From an uncultured virus (IMG/VR IMGVR_UViG_2061766007_000995) (Duplodnaviria; Heunggongvirae; Uroviricota; Caudoviricetes), in the IMG/VR virus record IMGVR_UViG_2061766007_000995: a DNA stretch of 1,589 nucleotides. One strand, 5' to 3'. Below, piece by piece: positions 1 through 1,589 of the stretch. The notes beneath the pieces were generated by a model. That model saw only the letters and a list, made by a program, of their open reading frames with translations, was not told the DNA's origin and ran no database searches. Both the position numbers and the translations under genes were made by a program. Position 1 is the first letter of the stretch, and each line of letters starts with the position of its first letter.

Positions 1-131
1 CTGCTTCCAAAGCTGCAATTCCCTTCAGTCCATTCCATCAGGACTGTTTGACAACAATACGGAAGTGACTAGTTTTATCAGCTGCTTCCAAAGCTGCAAT
101 TCCCTTCAGTCCATTCCATCAGGACTGTTTG
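1..131 (+). repeat. 81-bp coding tandem repeat (about 1.6 units)
   Basis: Bases 1-50 are identical to 82-131, a period of exactly 81 bp (27 codons). Confidence 0.97.
2..130 (+). CDS. 5'-partial fragment of a 27-aa leucine-rich-repeat (BspA/TpLRR-like) protein; enters from the left edge and runs into the gap
   Basis: Frame +2 is open from base 2: CFQSCNSLQSIPSGLFDNNTEVTSFIS-CFQSCNSLQSIPSGLF. The repeat consensus is the same as in the post-gap ORF. The GTG at 65 is the internal Val of the repeated 'VT' motif, not a start codon. Confidence 0.9.
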
Positions 132-323
132 NNNNNNNNNNNNNNNNNNNNNNNNNNNNNNNNNNNNNNNNNNNNNNNNNNNNNNNNNNNNNNNNNNNNN
201 NNNNNNNNNNNNNNNNNNNNNNNNNNNNNNNNNNNNNNNNNNNNNNNNNNNNNNNNNNNNNNNNNNNNNNNNNNNNNNNNNNNNNNNNNNNNNNNNNNNN
301 NNNNNNNNNNNNNNNNNNNNNNN
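132..323. other. Scaffold/assembly gap (192 N) inside the tandem-repeat array
   Basis: A run of N flanked on both sides by the same 81-bp repeat family. Confidence 0.99.
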
Positions 324-839
324 CAATACTGCTTCCGTAACTGCTCTTCCATTCAATCTATTCCATTAGGACTGTTTGACAAGAATACAGCAGTGACTAA
401 TTTTAGCTATTGCTTTAACGACTGTTCTTTTCTTCAATCTATTCCATTAGGACTGTTTGACAAGAATACAGCAGTGACTGATTTTAGCTATTGCTTTAAC
501 GGCTGTTCTTTTCTTCAATCTATTCCATCAGGACTGTTCGACAAGAATACATTAGTGACTAGTATTGGCTACTGCTTCTCTAACTGTTCTTCCCTTCAGT
601 CCATTCCATCAGGACTGTTTGACAAGAATACATTAGTGACTAGTTTTGTCAGCTGCTTCTCTGACTGTTCTTCCCTTCAGTTCATTCCAGAAGGACTGTT
701 TGACAAGAATACAGCCGTGACTAATTTTATAGACTGCTTCCGTAACTGCACTTCCCTTGCATCCATTCCATCAGGATTGTTTAACAAGAATACAGCCGTA
801 ACTAGTTTTGTTAGCTGCTTTTCTGGCTGCTATTCCCTC
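324..839 (+). repeat. 81-bp coding tandem repeat: six complete units plus partial flanking units
   Basis: Units begin (TGC TTY) at 330, 411, 492, 573, 654, 735 and 816, spaced exactly 81 bp apart with no indels. The shared core is ATTCCAnnAGGAyTGTTyrACAAGAATACA. Confidence 0.97.
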
Positions 840-1589
840 AAAAACTTCAAGCTTGTAATTGGTTCACCTTTAGTTACCAGTTTTTCTTCCTTTGTTTACA
901 CTACATCCAATGTCACTAGAATTGTCTGTGTTCCAGATGATTCAACAACCTATACAACGCTTTCTTCTTATGCACAAATAGGAACCAGCAAGAACAACAT
1001 CACTGTCTCTACGCACAACATTGACTGCGTTCAGACAATAGAATATACTGTAGATACAGATGCCACAATAGCCAATGCAAAATCTGCAACTATTCCACTG
1101 ATCGCAGTTCAAGATGCTTCATCCAAATTGATGATTGATTGGGGTGATGAAAATGGCGTTGAACTTTTTCCATCTGAAGTTACAACGGCAAATCTCACTC
1201 ACATCTATGCAGAAGCAGGAAACTATCAAATCACTGTAGGTGCAGTCAATTGGCTAGACTATCAGTTCCTTGCAGACTCCAGTGCATCTTCATCCAATAC
1301 ACTCATTCAAACGTTCAGAGACACTGTAGTTTCCATAGATGAATCAATTCCGCCAGTAGCAAACAACACATCACTGGACTACTGGTTTTATAACTGCACT
1401 CATTTAAACTGCAGCTTCAATCATATCCTCGACAATCTGTCTAATGCCGCTAGTGCAATAGCCACATTCAAGAACTGCTCTTCTCTTGCAGTTGTTTCTG
1501 CAGGAACATTGAGAAAGCAGGAAGCATTGACCAATGCCTCTGAAATGTTTGCAGGATGTACAGCAATAACCTATGTTCCATCTGGCTTA
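324..1589 (+). CDS. Partial CDS (422 codons, no start or stop in window) of a large surface/virion-type protein: 27-aa LRR array + PKD/Ig-like domain + second LRR block; very likely the same gene as 2-130
   Basis: Manual translation of frame +3 finds no stop from 324 to the window end: QY-CFRNCSSIQSIPLGLFDKNTAVTNFSY-CFNDCSFLQSIPLGLFDKNTAVTDFSY-CFNGCSFLQSIPSGLFDKNTLVTSIGY-CFSNCSSLQSIPSGLFDKNTLVTSFVS-CFSDCSSLQFIPEGLFDKNTAVTNFID-CFRNCTSLASIPSGLFNKNTAVTSFVS-CFSGCYSLKNFKLVIGSPLVTSFSSF...RIVCVPDDSTTY...KLMIDWGDENG...THIYAEAGNYQITV...WFYNCTHL...TFKNCSSL...MFAGCTAITYVPSGL. The FxxCxSLxxIP motif matches BspA/TpLRR-type repeats. The family call is by motif recognition, not a database search. Confidence 0.92.
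840..962 (+). other. Degenerate terminal repeat and putative C-terminal cap of the first LRR solenoid
   Basis: SPLVTSFSSF echoes the unit ending NTLVTSFVSCF. RIVCVPDDSTTY (918-953) resembles the IYVPxxSxxxY-type motif that commonly follows BspA-type LRR arrays. This is recognition from memory and is unverified. Confidence 0.55.
1035..1241 (+). other. PKD-like / Ig-like beta-sandwich domain within the CDS
   Basis: MIDWGD (1131-1148) and THIYAEAGNYQITV (1197-1238) match the PKD-type signature (WDFGDG / IDWGDG ... HxYxxxGxYxVxL). Beta-strand-like segments TIEYTVDT and ATIPLIAV lie upstream. Domain boundaries are approximate. Confidence 0.75.
1368..1589 (+). repeat. Second, diverged block of 27-aa LRR units (protein-level repeat), truncated by the window edge
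   Basis: xFxxC motifs begin at 1383 (WFYNCTHL), 1464 (TFKNCSSL) and 1545 (MFAGCTAITYVPSGL), again exactly 81 bp apart, but with little DNA identity between units. Confidence 0.85.

Noticed and set aside
131..324. Pseudogene or programmed frameshift suggested by the +2 to +3 frame change
   Set aside because: The change falls entirely within the N gap, whose length is only an estimate. No stops or indels are seen in the sequenced repeats.
65..340. ORF-track call 65..340 (+), 91 aa
   Set aside because: The GTG 'start' is an internal Val of the repeat, and the stop arises only because the estimated gap length shifts the frame. The real coding frame continues in +3.
78..356. Minus-strand ORF-track calls 78..356 and 119..352
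   Set aside because: They consist mostly of N and lie antisense to a well-supported coding repeat, so they are artefacts of the gap.
553..563. Short palindromes in the repeats (TAGTGACTA, ACTAGT) as possible recombinase or operator sites
   Set aside because: They are too short, present in only some units, and fully explained by the Leu-Val-Thr-Ser codons.
324..815. CRISPR-like look: a roughly 30-bp conserved core (ATTCCATCAGGACTGTTTGACAAGAATACA) separated by roughly 51-bp more variable segments
   Set aside because: The 'spacers' are homologous to each other, the period is exactly 81 bp (a multiple of 3), and the whole array reads as an open frame with a coherent LRR consensus.
1131..1589. 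Separate gene starting at ATG 1131
   Set aside because: The frame is open upstream with no stop, there is no evident ribosome-binding site, and the ATG lies inside the PKD-like motif (LMIDWGD).

Overview
The whole window appears to be an internal fragment of one large + strand gene, with neither start nor stop visible. It encodes a BspA/TpLRR-like protein built from 27-aa (81-bp) cysteine-containing leucine-rich repeats, consensus CFxxCxSLQSIPSGLFDKNTxVTxFxx. A 192-N scaffold gap (132-323) interrupts the first repeat array. The frame is +2 before the gap and +3 after it, where it stays open for 422 codons (324-1589). The supplied ORF track misses this frame. After the gap the order is: six complete near-identical units plus a degenerate terminal unit, an 'IVCVPDDS..Y' cap-like motif, a PKD/Ig-like domain (IDWGD...THIYAEAGNYQITV), and a second, much more diverged block of 27-aa repeats that runs off the window. 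In the first array the DNA scaffold is homogenised and mosaic, while amino-acid changes cluster at about six fixed positions per unit. This is what a recombination-diversified adhesin or receptor-binding protein of a bacterium, archaeon or phage might look like. The host and the diversification mechanism cannot be determined from this window. No RNA genes, CRISPR arrays or mobile-element genes are supported.
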